Shown piece after piece: positions 1 through 9,281 of a stretch of DNA of 22,028 nucleotides. The stretch lies in assembly GCA_016839745.1 (NCBI GenBank), contig JAEOTS010000115.1:1-22028 (forward strand). The letters are read 5' to 3'. The stretch's first letter is position 1. Each line of letters starts with the position of its first letter. The DNA comes from Promethearchaeota archaeon (GTDB lineage Archaea; Asgardarchaeota; Lokiarchaeia; Sigyniarchaeales; SOKP01). A program made the translations under genes and the position numbers. The notes beneath the pieces are model-generated. The model made no database searches. It saw nothing but the letters and a program-made list of their open reading frames with translations, and was not told where the DNA came from.

Positions 1-334
1 ACATTCTACCAACTTGAGCACCAATTACCAACATTGGTATCGAATCAGCATATGCCGCAGCAACAGCTGGAATCAGATGAGTTACTCCGGGTCCTGCTGT
101 TCCTAAACAAACACCTATTTCTCCAGTTGCTCTTGCCCATGCGTCCGCCATATGTCCTCCTGCTTGTTCATGTCGTACCATTACAGTTTCTATGCCCTTT
201 TCGCGACCCCAACGTTCAATAGCATCATAAATCTTTAGTAATTCTCCACCAACAATACCAAAAATTTTGGTAACGCCTTCTTTTATAAGGCATTTAACAA
301 CTAAATCGCCACCATTTAATATTTGTTTAGACAT
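1..334 (-). CDS. Thiamine-diphosphate-dependent enzyme, acetolactate synthase-like family (N-terminal part; runs off the window edge)
   Basis: Not in the ORF track. Manual translation from ATG at 334: MSKQILNGGDLVVKCLIKEGVTKIFGIVGGELLKIYDAIE...VRHEQAGGHMADAWARATGEIGVCLGTAGPGVTHLIPAVAAAYADSIPMLVIG. It carries the RHEQ catalytic Glu, GPG and DSIP motifs of the TPP-enzyme N-terminal domain. Confidence 0.92.
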   Translation of the reverse strand, partial: MSKQILNGGDLVVKCLIKEGVTKIFGIVGGELLKIYDAIERWGREKGIETVMVRHEQAGGHMADAWARATGEIGVCLGTAGPGVTHLIPAVAAAYADSIPMLVIGAQVGRM

Positions 335-411
335 AATTTGAAGTATTATATATGAAAAATAAACTTTTTTAAGTTGAAAAATAATAAGAGAACGCTGATT
401 TTTATAAGGAA

Positions 412-1710
412 TTATTTAATACTTTCAGCAAAGTCGAGTTTTCCAGTTGGTTTTTCTAACTGGAATTCTTCGTTAAGGATCATTTGTTTTAGTTCTTCTG
501 CCAATTTAATTGCTCCGAATCTATCCGATTGTCTTAAAACGATTGGAATTTTGCTTCCTTCGAATTCAATCGTTTTTAGGTCCAAATTAAAAGCGTCGGG
601 ACATAATCGAACGCATGTACCACAATTAAAGCATCGAGACCTATCAATTGCTGAAATAACTCCACCTTTTATGACGAACGCGTTTGTCGGGCAGTAATCA
701 ATAGTTTGGCATTCTTCGCAATCTTTACACGCCTTAGAATCAAACTTCATGAAGAAATTATTATCCCAGACATCACCATAAGTGATTTCTCCCACCTTTT
801 CTCTTCCAACGAGGCTTAGTATCTTCAATTTTACATCTTTGTCAGATTTAACAACATAATTGAACACGCGTTCGCTGAGAATAGGAATTGGAACTGCTAT
901 CGAGCAGATGGGCTCAAGTCCGTAAGAAGTTTTAAACGCGCCCATATATTCTGGACTCATTTGAAGCATCGGAGCTATAGTCATCATGTTAGGTTTTTCT
1001 ATATAATTTCGGGTTCCTGGTCCCATGAGATAACCAATAGCGCCATTTACTAAAAGTGGGGTGCCTACGCCAAAAGATTGAAATTCAGGGTCGTTTTGAA
1101 ACGGATTTAGGGCACCACAACCAGAAAAGGTAAGTTCTGATTTATTAGGTTCAAATGGAAGGCACGAAAATATTGTGTCTACTTGGTATGATTCACAGTT
1201 AAGCATTGCATTGTAATTTTTTATAGCTTGTCTTGTTCCCATCAGTTTAGCATATTGCATATCTTCTAAAGTTAATTCTTTTTCGACTTTTTCTCCTTCA
1301 CTACTTCTAGCGAGAATTTCTATCGATTTACCTTCGACGAGTTCTCTAAATAAAGAGCCTCCACAGTAGTTTTCTCTTGTCTGGCTTTGAGATGTTCCAT
1401 AAACGATAAGATCTGCAATTCCTAAATACTCATTGGGGCACGGGCCTGGAAATGACGGGATACCATTTATACTAATCTCAGTAAATTTCCGTAATGTTTT
1501 TGGTGGACTCAGTCTGAAAGAAAATACTCCCATTATTCCGCTCATCAAACCTTTGGTGGCTGTGGTTATTACATCTACGTCTTCAAACTTGATGTGTTCT
1601 CCCTCGTTTATTCGGGTGATGAATTCTTGAACGGTAATAACATTCGCAGTACCACTACTAATTTTATTCCTTATTTCAGAAAGCTTTCGTTTATTAGGCA
1701 TAAGAACCAC
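412..1710 (-). CDS. DUF39 / 'methanogenesis marker 16' metalloprotein with C-terminal 2x[4Fe-4S] ferredoxin domain (aspartate-semialdehyde sulfurtransferase-related family)
   Basis: VDVITTAT..MSG, GPCPNE.LG, FSGCG.LNP.QNDP motifs; CxxCxxC...CP and CxxCxxCxxxCP clusters; LRQSDR C-terminal motif. The true start may be ATG at 1701. Confidence 0.8.
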   Translation of the reverse strand: MVLMPNKRKLSEIRNKISSGTANVITVQEFITRINEGEHIKFEDVDVITTATKGLMSGIMGVFSFRLSPPKTLRKFTEISINGIPSFPGPCPNEYLGIADLIVYGTSQSQTRENYCGGSLFRELVEGKSIEILARSSEGEKVEKELTLEDMQYAKLMGTRQAIKNYNAMLNCESYQVDTIFSCLPFEPNKSELTFSGCGALNPFQNDPEFQSFGVGTPLLVNGAIGYLMGPGTRNYIEKPNMMTIAPMLQMSPEYMGAFKTSYGLEPICSIAVPIPILSERVFNYVVKSDKDVKLKILSLVGREKVGEITYGDVWDNNFFMKFDSKACKDCEECQTIDYCPTNAFVIKGGVISAIDRSRCFNCGTCVRLCPDAFNLDLKTIEFEGSKIPIVLRQSDRFGAIKLAEELKQMILNEEFQLEKPTGKLDFAESIK

Positions 1711-1836
1711 TTATAATATAAAACAGTATAACATGTAAAATATTTATTCCAATAAAATTTTTTTTATTTAAAACTACTAAAATCACCAAAAACGCTATTT
1801 AAAAATCCAATTCTGAACACAGAGGTTATTTTCTTA

Positions 1837-2562
1837 ATGCCATATTTTGAGTCAAGATTAAAACTAAATCTTAGTAATTTCGGGGATATTGAGCAGAAAT
1901 TAAACTTTTGTAGAGATTTAGGGATCAATAACTTAATTTTAGAGTTCGAAAATGGCGTGAATAAGATAACACCGGAGTTAAAGGAAAAAATTAGCAAATC
2001 TTCGGCACTTAAATTATATTATCGCACAACAATTAAGCCAAAAAATCTAGATGACTTAAAAAGAAGGCTCAAACAAGCAAAAGATATCTCTGGTATTATT
2101 TCAGTTGAGTCATCCGACAGACAAGTTCAAATCCAAGCCGCTAAAGATTCTCGAGTAGATATTATTTCATTTTCGACAGAACATATAATTAAGACAATAA
2201 CTCCAGGTGTAATATCGCTTACAAAACAGAATAATTCGTTCGTAGAATTTTCCTTAGGACCAATTATGGTAAAAAATAAAGCGATTCAATCTAGGTTTCT
2301 TAGAAGTTTGTACCGTGCTTTACAATTAGCTATGCTATTAAATGCTAACTACATAATTAGTGGAAATTTTGATGATATGTTTAAGTTGAGACATCCCAGA
2401 GCTTTAGTTAGTATTTCTCATACACTATTGGGTATATCTTTGTTGAACGCCAAGAGGGCTTTTTCTGAAAATGTGATAACTCTTATTAATCGTGCTAAAA
2501 TGCGTCAAGGTAAAAATTACATTGAACCAGGAGTTAAACTAATTAACAGAGGTGACACCTAA
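1837..2562 (+). CDS. rnp3: Ribonuclease P protein subunit Rpp30
   Basis: AAKDSRVDII, VEFSL, IISG....LRHPR motifs typical of archaeal Rpp30; immediately upstream of a Pop5 homolog. Confidence 0.85.
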   Translation: MPYFESRLKLNLSNFGDIEQKLNFCRDLGINNLILEFENGVNKITPELKEKISKSSALKLYYRTTIKPKNLDDLKRRLKQAKDISGIISVESSDRQVQIQAAKDSRVDIISFSTEHIIKTITPGVISLTKQNNSFVEFSLGPIMVKNKAIQSRFLRSLYRALQLAMLLNANYIISGNFDDMFKLRHPRALVSISHTLLGISLLNAKRAFSENVITLINRAKMRQGKNYIEPGVKLINRGDT

Positions 2563-2897
2563 TAGTCAAAAAAGAGAGACATAGGTACATACTATTCAAA
2601 TTAATAAAAGAAGGCGATTTCGTTTTGAACCAGAGAGAGATTGTAAATTCAGTGTGGGCGTCGATTTGGAGATATTTTGGGTTAAAAGAGGCAAGTAAAG
2701 TAGGATTATGGTTGCTCGATATTAATTTTATAGATGGTTTTGGTATTATTCGGTGTTCTCATCAGACAAAAGAAATAGTAATGACTGCGCTAACCCTAAT
2801 TACTGAAATCTCGGGGAATATAGTTGTTTTATCACCAATCAAAACTTCCGGAACTATTCGCAGCATTAAAAAAGTAAAGGAATTAATGTTAATATAA
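2562..2897 (+). CDS. rnp2: Ribonuclease P protein subunit Pop5/Rpp14 (extended upstream of the ORF-track TTG at 2625)
   Basis: The frame extends upstream as IVKKERHRYILFKLI (conserved Pop5 'RxRY+xF' motif); G.IRC.H and TSGTI motifs present; in-frame TGA at 2553-2555 bounds the start; SD GAGGTGA at 2549-2555. Confidence 0.85.
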   Translation: MVKKERHRYILFKLIKEGDFVLNQREIVNSVWASIWRYFGLKEASKVGLWLLDINFIDGFGIIRCSHQTKEIVMTALTLITEISGNIVVLSPIKTSGTIRSIKKVKELMLI

Positions 2898-2935
2898 GAG
2901 TAAGTCATATGTATATATAACTTAAAGAAGAGATT

Positions 2936-3397
2936 ATGAAGAATCCTGACCTAACATTTGCTCAAATAAAAAAAATAGGTAAATTCTCCAATCTTGATAT
3001 TACTACATCGTTATCACACATTAAAGAAATTGAAAATTATAGAAATTTGTTAATAATAAAATCGGAAACTACCAGATATGCAAAATTCACGGTATATCCT
3101 ATAAATCGAGAACAATTACTTAAAATTATACTTATTGGCTTAACTCAAATCGATGAAAATATTGAGATTTTTTCCAGAAAGCTCCAAAAATATAATATTA
3201 TTCATTCTTCAGGATTAGTTTTAATAGACGGAGAGATATATTTTGAATGTTATCTTAATCTGTCTTTAAATGACGAAAAATATAAAGATTTAAAAATATT
3301 TCTGGATAAGAATAAAAGTAAATTCAAAGATATAAAAATAGAAGAATTAAGTTTATCTAAAAGTAAAGTGAACCTTAATGGATATATGGAAAATTAA
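2936..3397 (+). CDS. Hypothetical protein, possible C-terminal ACT-like domain
   Basis: 153-aa ORF co-oriented with its neighbours; the beta-alpha-beta-beta-alpha-beta-like pattern around IIHSSG...YFECY only suggests an ACT fold. Confidence 0.55.
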   Translation: MKNPDLTFAQIKKIGKFSNLDITTSLSHIKEIENYRNLLIIKSETTRYAKFTVYPINREQLLKIILIGLTQIDENIEIFSRKLQKYNIIHSSGLVLIDGEIYFECYLNLSLNDEKYKDLKIFLDKNKSKFKDIKIEELSLSKSKVNLNGYMEN

Positions 3398-3827
3398 TTT
3401 AAAATTCTCCGATGGAACGGTCAATGAATTAGATTTGTACGATGCAAAGAGTTATTTTAATGGATATTTAAAGTTGAAGAGAACTTATTTTATACGATTG
3501 GTTAAAGCTATCAAAATGACAAAAAAATACACTACGGGACATGCAATAGAGAGAGTTATTGGACCCGATGCAAAAGAATGGACTGAAAACTCTTGGATGC
3601 TACTTTTAATCAAAGATAACGAAAAAAAAAATCCATTTTGGATTCTTATAAAAAGAGAAAAGGATCTTTCAGGATTATTAATCGCAATAGGACCAAAATC
3701 GTTTGCAGAATATAATAATAGTAATATGCTTGAAGCTAAACGAGATATAAAACGATTGATAAATTATATAGTAGCTTATTTGAATAAGTTTAATTGTAGT
3801 GTCTTACTTCCTAATTATCTCTCATAA
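3378..3827 (+). CDS. Hypothetical protein
   Basis: 149-aa ATG ORF overlapping the previous gene by 20 nt; globular-looking composition; no family recognised. Confidence 0.65.
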   Translation: MDIWKINLKFSDGTVNELDLYDAKSYFNGYLKLKRTYFIRLVKAIKMTKKYTTGHAIERVIGPDAKEWTENSWMLLLIKDNEKKNPFWILIKREKDLSGLLIAIGPKSFAEYNNSNMLEAKRDIKRLINYIVAYLNKFNCSVLLPNYLS

Positions 3828-3860
3828 TTCGTAATTAACTCTCGAAATAATAGATTTGAG

Positions 3861-3883
3861 TTCTTTTTTTTAAGAAAAAAGAA
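3861..3883. terminator. T-tract/A-tract inverted repeat, possible terminator
   Basis: TTCTTTTTT-ttaag-AAAAAAGAA, a 9-bp inverted repeat 33 nt after the stop at 3827; oligo-T fits archaeal termination. Confidence 0.35.
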
Positions 3884-4031
3884 TTGAAGATATTTGATTT
3901 GAAATCCCTAAAAAATGATAAGACAAAGAAAAAATATTAAATTCAATCTTAATTATCAATTTTATAAAGTTTCTTAATTTAAATGCAAAATTGAACCTAA
4001 GTTTAATTGAAAAAAAAGTGGCTAAAGAACT

Positions 4032-4874
4032 GTGAAGAAAAACATAACAAGAATCATAACTCTTATATTAATTATTCAAGTACTCCTTAGTTCAGCATAT
4101 TTAATAATAAATAGTAATGGAATCCCAATCGAAGCAGAAGTGGGATTTGGAACCGCTCCTGTTATAGATGGCGTTATAGATGTAACTACGAACGAATGGA
4201 ACTCTGCGGAAAAAGTAAACATTAGCTTGTTTCAAGATCTAGATAATCAAAGCGATGGATTACTCATTGATTTGCGGGTTTTACAAGCAGAACCAAGCCC
4301 GAATATTTATAGTTTGAATTTTTTGATCCGATTCGATTTAGATGATCATAGTTCAAGCGAATATGATGGCGAATTTATAGGAATATTAATATCTGATTGG
4401 GATGATAGTTTAAATTTTACTGACGCTAAAATTGTTCAATTTTCAAATATTAGTGAAAATACTTTGGAGTATTTAGATTATTATATTGACGATACAGTAT
4501 ACTATGAAGACATTATCTCTGACGGGGAGGGCACTGCTAATTTAGAGAATAATGAAATTATTTACGAATTTTCAATGCCCGTTGAAAATGTTGAAGGTGG
4601 AATAGAGGATGTAGAATTAGATCATGATCTTACATTTGATTTTAAAATCGTATTTGGCAACGCTACTGATTACGATTATCCTAATGGGATTCTTATTTCA
4701 AATATAGTTTCAATAAAACTAGAGTTTCCACCTAGAGGTTCAGAGATAGATATTGGAGAAATTTTAATGTTGATCTCAACAATTATCGTTTTTTCCACAA
4801 TAGGGGCTCTTTATGTATTTTACATTTATCGAATTACTCAACTTAAGAAAGAAATCGAAAGAATAAGGAGTTAA
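4032..4874 (+). CDS. Membrane-anchored surface protein with CBM9/DOMON-like extracellular domain
   Basis: Basic-then-hydrophobic N-terminal signal, APVIDG...NEW..A motif, YEFSMP strand, acidic beta-rich body, C-terminal TM helix followed by a basic tail. Confidence 0.65.
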   Translation: MKKNITRIITLILIIQVLLSSAYLIINSNGIPIEAEVGFGTAPVIDGVIDVTTNEWNSAEKVNISLFQDLDNQSDGLLIDLRVLQAEPSPNIYSLNFLIRFDLDDHSSSEYDGEFIGILISDWDDSLNFTDAKIVQFSNISENTLEYLDYYIDDTVYYEDIISDGEGTANLENNEIIYEFSMPVENVEGGIEDVELDHDLTFDFKIVFGNATDYDYPNGILISNIVSIKLEFPPRGSEIDIGEILMLISTIIVFSTIGALYVFYIYRITQLKKEIERIRS

Positions 4875-4875
4875 G

Positions 4876-5292
4876 ATGTCAAAAATAAGAAAAGATATTG
4901 CTAAATCGGAATCGATTAAAAGAAAGCCGAAATTTATAGAGAAAGCTGCTTACCGTTCAGTTATTCTTTCAGGCATACTTGGAGGTGTGTTTTTAGTATT
5001 ATCGATTATGTTAAATGGAGAATTCATTACTATATTTACGAGTAATGATCTACTCTGGGTAAGCATAGATATTGTTCTCAGAGTCCTAATAATCTTATTC
5101 TTCTACTTCTTTATGATGATTAGTATCGGAAATTATAAAGAGTTGACAGGTAAACCAATAGATTTCAAGATAATACTACTCATTTTTTTCCTTTCGTTAA
5201 TACAATCTTTTAAAAATTCAATAGTTTTCTCTTTTACTCTTATAGGTTTATTAGTAATAGTAGTTTACTTATATGTAGTTCAAGAAAACTAA
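4876..5292 (+). CDS. Hypothetical membrane protein (about 4 TM helices)
   Basis: Basic N-terminus then four hydrophobic segments; 1-nt gap from the upstream stop. Confidence 0.7.
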   Translation: MSKIRKDIAKSESIKRKPKFIEKAAYRSVILSGILGGVFLVLSIMLNGEFITIFTSNDLLWVSIDIVLRVLIILFFYFFMMISIGNYKELTGKPIDFKIILLIFFLSLIQSFKNSIVFSFTLIGLLVIVVYLYVVQEN

Positions 5293-5323
5293 ATAATATT
5301 TACTATTTTATATTTCAATTTCA

Positions 5324-6082
5324 ATGTTGAAGAATATTTCTTTTTTTATTGGTCATAGAGGAACAAGAATAGGTTATGATGAAAATACATTAAAATCTTT
5401 TGAAATCGCATTAAATTCTGGAGCTAATTACATTGAATTTGATGTTAGAAAAACTTTTGATAACGAATTAGTTATTTTCCATGATTCTAAAGTTGATCGG
5501 ATTACTACTTCAAAGGGATTGTTAGAAAATTTTACTTATCCCGAAATTGCTCATATACGCTTTAAATTAACCAGCTCCCACATTCCAACCTTGAATGAAG
5601 TAATAGAAATGTTTAGGAGTAGAATTAAATTTATTGTTGAATTAAAAAGCGAAAATATTAGAGAAAAAGTGATAAAAACGATAAATAATCACAATTTATT
5701 AAAAGATTGTGTCATTAGTGGGCGTAATTTGTATGAATTGAAAATTATTAAACAAAGTTATCCTGAAAGTTGTGTATGCTACAATATTACTAAAGGAAAA
5801 GGTTTGAACCTTAAAGATTTTATGAAGCAAGGTAATGATAGAAATTTACATTTTATACCTGACCTTATTAGTTTACATTCAAAAATGATCACACAAGATT
5901 TTATTGAAATCTGCCATAAAAATGATATTCTAGCATTAAGCTGGGATTTCATAGAATATGAGAACCCATTCGAAGTTATAAAAGGATTAATCGAAATGGG
6001 AATTGATGGTATTTTGTTCGATAATCATAGAAATATAAAACTTACAAAGCACTGGTTGACAAAGATCAATCAGCTTTCTTAA
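5324..6082 (+). CDS. Glycerophosphodiester phosphodiesterase (GDPD family)
   Basis: GHRG, ENTL.SF, IEFDV..T.D..LVIFHD, IPTL.E, ELK and GIDGI motifs. Confidence 0.93.
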   Translation: MLKNISFFIGHRGTRIGYDENTLKSFEIALNSGANYIEFDVRKTFDNELVIFHDSKVDRITTSKGLLENFTYPEIAHIRFKLTSSHIPTLNEVIEMFRSRIKFIVELKSENIREKVIKTINNHNLLKDCVISGRNLYELKIIKQSYPESCVCYNITKGKGLNLKDFMKQGNDRNLHFIPDLISLHSKMITQDFIEICHKNDILALSWDFIEYENPFEVIKGLIEMGIDGILFDNHRNIKLTKHWLTKINQLS

Positions 6083-8123
6083 TTTTAGATGTTCCCGTAG
6101 GAAGCACAAGTATAACATCATCTAGGGGTAAAATTTTCCCCCACTTCTTTTTTTCAGTTTCTAAACCATTTAGAAAAATTGATTTGATTTCTTTTGCTAA
6201 TCTTCCTTTTGTATCTCCAGATTTTGAGGGATTTATTAATACTAAATTTGTTCTTTTTTTAAAAGCATTAGTTGGCCCGCACAAAATTTGTGGATAGAAT
6301 AGTTGAGATTCGGGATCAGATTCGTTTTTGATTTCTAAGAACTCCAAGGCAAGAGCCAGTTCTGTTTTAGCATCTTTAATAAGGTTTTTTTTCCCTGTAA
6401 TCATAAAGCTTCCTTTTGGTAAAAATTCGCCAGTAGGTGGTGTTTTGGAGACTTGATCAGGGAGAACATAAAATACATCAACAACGCCCCAATTTTCTTT
6501 CCAAGCTATTGAAAAACTAGCTACGAAGTCAGCAGTTTCTTTAATTGAATTACTTGGGATTTCTTTATTTTCAGGATTTATTATGACTGCTAGTGGCGAT
6601 CCGGGAAAGTTTGCGTGAAACACTAAGTCGTTGGGAGTAATATATTTTTTAAATATTATTTCGTTCGAGCTTGCATCTCTTCCGCCAATTACCAAAAATC
6701 CATCTGAAGATATAAACCATCTGAATTTTTCGTACCACTTTTTTGTTGGTCTCTTTATTAGAAAGTTAACTTCTAAGTCAATTGATTCCTTCTCAATCGC
6801 TAATTTTTTAATCTTCTCTTCTGTCTTTTCTATTGCTGGAAGGGTACCTTTTAGCTTTTTTTCGGCTTTTTTGCCTTTATTGTAAATTATATTTGCATTT
6901 TCGCCAATAGTCTTATTTATATCTAAATATACTTCGTTGTTGTTGATCAAAATTACAACTTGTCGAGTTGCGGGGATAATTCTGCCATAAAATGTTAAAC
7001 CTTCAAAATTTTCGTTTTTGGCAATTTGTAGTTTTTCATTTATTTCCACTAAATTATGACCTTTTTTTTTAGCATCTAAGATTACATTAAATAGTTTTTG
7101 AATAGCATTGAAATTAGCATAAATAAAAGCTCCTTGTTGGTAATACATATCCTTTCTTTTTTTAAGGTCTTCGAGATACTCTTGTTGATTTTTTAAGATC
7201 TTTTCTTGAGATTTTATTTTTTGATTTATAGCATGATCCTGAGGAGTAATCATTTTTGTGGAATCTATTTTAGAAAAGAATTCGTCAACAGCTTCATTAA
7301 AAGAGTTGAAAGGTCTTTTTTGAGCATTTTTATGAATCTCCAATTCAAACGGAATGACTGAAACTTCTTCTCCTTTCTCATCAACTACAATACTTGCATT
7401 TATTTCACCAAAAAGAAGTTGGTTTCTTAATTTTTTGAAAGCATTAAACAATAAATCGATTTCTTTTTGATTTAAATCCCCTCCCAATCGATTTTTTTCA
7501 ATTCCCGCTTTAAGACAAATCTCTTCAGATATTTCTCCAGAGATATTAATATTTCTTGCTAATAACCTTACTATTTCACCTTCAAAATTGTTTATTATCT
7601 CGTGAAAATCTTCTTGCGTAATATTCAGAAAATCCTTTCCCCGCGATTTGGGAAAAGAATACTCTCTATTAGCTAGGATGTCCCGATCTTTATATTTACT
7701 ATAAATTTTTGCGATTTTTATAACATTATTCTCGTCCAATACAATATAGTTTCCCTTATTGAATAGTTCAATAATAAATCTCCAAGGCTTTCCCTCTTCA
7801 TTACTTAGTTCGAATACAACAATTCTATCAAAATTATACTGATTTGCGGATAATATTTTTCTGTTTTTCAGAAGTTTTCTTAATGACATTATATATTGGC
7901 TTGGATATTTCGGGATAGGGTAATTATAGTTCGTAAAATTGATACGTGAATCGTTTTTAACGATTAATATCTTTTTCTCATTCAATTTGGTTTTTATTTT
8001 TAAGATTAAAAGATCTCCATCAATATCATAGACATTAGTTATTTTTCCTTGGGTTAGAATTGTATCTAATTCTTTAGTAATAGCAAATACATCAAAATTT
8101 GAAAATTTAATATTTTTTTTCAT
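6066..8123 (-). CDS. rqcH: NFACT-family ribosome quality control protein (Rqc2/NEMF/RqcH homolog)
   Basis: NFACT-N FDRIV and IELF.KGN motifs, helix-hairpin region, coiled coil, NFACT-R WYEKFRWFISSDGFLVIGGRDA..NE and VSKTPPTGEFL.KGSFMI.G. Confidence 0.93.
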   Translation of the reverse strand: MKKNIKFSNFDVFAITKELDTILTQGKITNVYDIDGDLLILKIKTKLNEKKILIVKNDSRINFTNYNYPIPKYPSQYIMSLRKLLKNRKILSANQYNFDRIVVFELSNEEGKPWRFIIELFNKGNYIVLDENNVIKIAKIYSKYKDRDILANREYSFPKSRGKDFLNITQEDFHEIINNFEGEIVRLLARNINISGEISEEICLKAGIEKNRLGGDLNQKEIDLLFNAFKKLRNQLLFGEINASIVVDEKGEEVSVIPFELEIHKNAQKRPFNSFNEAVDEFFSKIDSTKMITPQDHAINQKIKSQEKILKNQQEYLEDLKKRKDMYYQQGAFIYANFNAIQKLFNVILDAKKKGHNLVEINEKLQIAKNENFEGLTFYGRIIPATRQVVILINNNEVYLDINKTIGENANIIYNKGKKAEKKLKGTLPAIEKTEEKIKKLAIEKESIDLEVNFLIKRPTKKWYEKFRWFISSDGFLVIGGRDASSNEIIFKKYITPNDLVFHANFPGSPLAVIINPENKEIPSNSIKETADFVASFSIAWKENWGVVDVFYVLPDQVSKTPPTGEFLPKGSFMITGKKNLIKDAKTELALALEFLEIKNESDPESQLFYPQILCGPTNAFKKRTNLVLINPSKSGDTKGRLAKEIKSIFLNGLETEKKKWGKILPLDDVILVLPTGTSKIKKAD

Positions 8124-8274
8124 TGTTGTTCAGCCATTCAATAGAATTCCAGTTTTATTATTAGATATGCATCAATAATTTTCTATTTTTCCTTTTTTAG
8201 GAGATACTTAAATAAATAGGGTAAGTCTAAATTACAAAATTTTAATAAAAAAAATAATATTAATAATACTAATT

Positions 8275-8715
8275 ATGGGAAAAAAAGATAAACGGAAACC
8301 AAAAAGGATTAATATCAAAAAAGAACGCCAAAAACTAATAAAAGAGAAGAAAAAACTCCATCCCGATCAAGATTTGCAAATTGATAAGAAATCGACTAAA
8401 AAGATTGATATTCGACTCGAAAAAGAAACAAAACTATATTGGATACGAGCGATTACAGCACTGATAAGTGGTTTACTAGGAAGATTACTACTTGGTATCC
8501 CAAATACCAAAATGGTTTTTGGTTTTTGGTTATTTATTTGGATGTTGTGTTTCTGGTTTATTACTCCTTTTGTGGTTAGTTTTTTGGTTTTAAGATATGA
8601 ATACGATAAGGAAGAATGGAATTGGAAGAATATCATAAAACCAGGGATAGGAATATATTTCTTTTTATTTATGATTGTGACGATAATAACACATACCTTT
8701 CTAGTCTTTATTTAA
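8275..8715 (+). CDS. EMC6-like three-TM membrane protein
   Basis: Lys-rich N-terminus, then LYWIRAITALISGLLG, a second TM and W......GIGIYFFLF. The layout resembles EMC6/Rab5ip as recalled (YxR...A..SG..AG ... G+..Y++.W). Confidence 0.6.
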   Translation: MGKKDKRKPKRINIKKERQKLIKEKKKLHPDQDLQIDKKSTKKIDIRLEKETKLYWIRAITALISGLLGRLLLGIPNTKMVFGFWLFIWMLCFWFITPFVVSFLVLRYEYDKEEWNWKNIIKPGIGIYFFLFMIVTIITHTFLVFI

Positions 8716-8719
8716 CTAA

Positions 8720-9223
8720 CTACAATTGTATTGTTTGTTTAATTCTTTTCTCTATCTTCTCTTTAGAACTGAAAACGATTTCATCCAATTTATAAATTCT
8801 ATTACAATATACGCATTGAATTTTTAATGGTTTTTCTTCGAGCACATTGAATTCAGTATCGATTGGCTCTTCTGAATTGGAAATACAAGTTTTATTTTGG
8901 CACAAAATCAACTGTTTAATAATATCGGGGAGTTTTACTTTTTTTTTCTCAATAACTTTATAATCTTCTATCAAAGAGATCTGAGCGTTCGGTGAAAGTA
9001 TTGAAATCTGCTGCATTTGAATTTTATCCAGAAACTCACCTTCAATTTTTATTATATCTTTTTTATTATATTTCTTTGAGGAAACATTAACGCCAATTGT
9101 CATAAGATTTGGAGATTCACCAAGTCCAGTCAAATTGAGGATTGTCAAAGCATATCCGCTATCAATATGGTCAATAACAGTTCCTTTCTTTATTTTATCT
9201 ATTTTTAATTTTTCTTCGCTCAT
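8720..9223 (-). CDS. pyrI: Aspartate carbamoyltransferase regulatory chain
   Basis: GTVIDHI, NV.S.K..KKDIIKIE, Zn ligands CQNKTCISN and CVYC. Confidence 0.95.
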   Translation of the reverse strand: MSEEKLKIDKIKKGTVIDHIDSGYALTILNLTGLGESPNLMTIGVNVSSKKYNKKDIIKIEGEFLDKIQMQQISILSPNAQISLIEDYKVIEKKKVKLPDIIKQLILCQNKTCISNSEEPIDTEFNVLEEKPLKIQCVYCNRIYKLDEIVFSSKEKIEKRIKQTIQL

Positions 9224-9281
9224 GTTCTTATTAATAAAATTTTTTTATTGAAAAATTTTGCGAATAAATGTCATTAGTTTC

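Noticed and set aside
34-222. 62-aa plus-strand ORF
   Set aside because: Antisense shadow of the ThDP-enzyme gene on the minus strand.
374-1997. ORFs 374-697(+), 1433-1630(+), 1764-1997(-)
   Set aside because: Antisense to well-supported genes; no motifs.
6631-8636. ORFs 6631-6885(+) and 8367-8636(-)
   Set aside because: Antisense shadows of rqcH and the EMC6-like gene.
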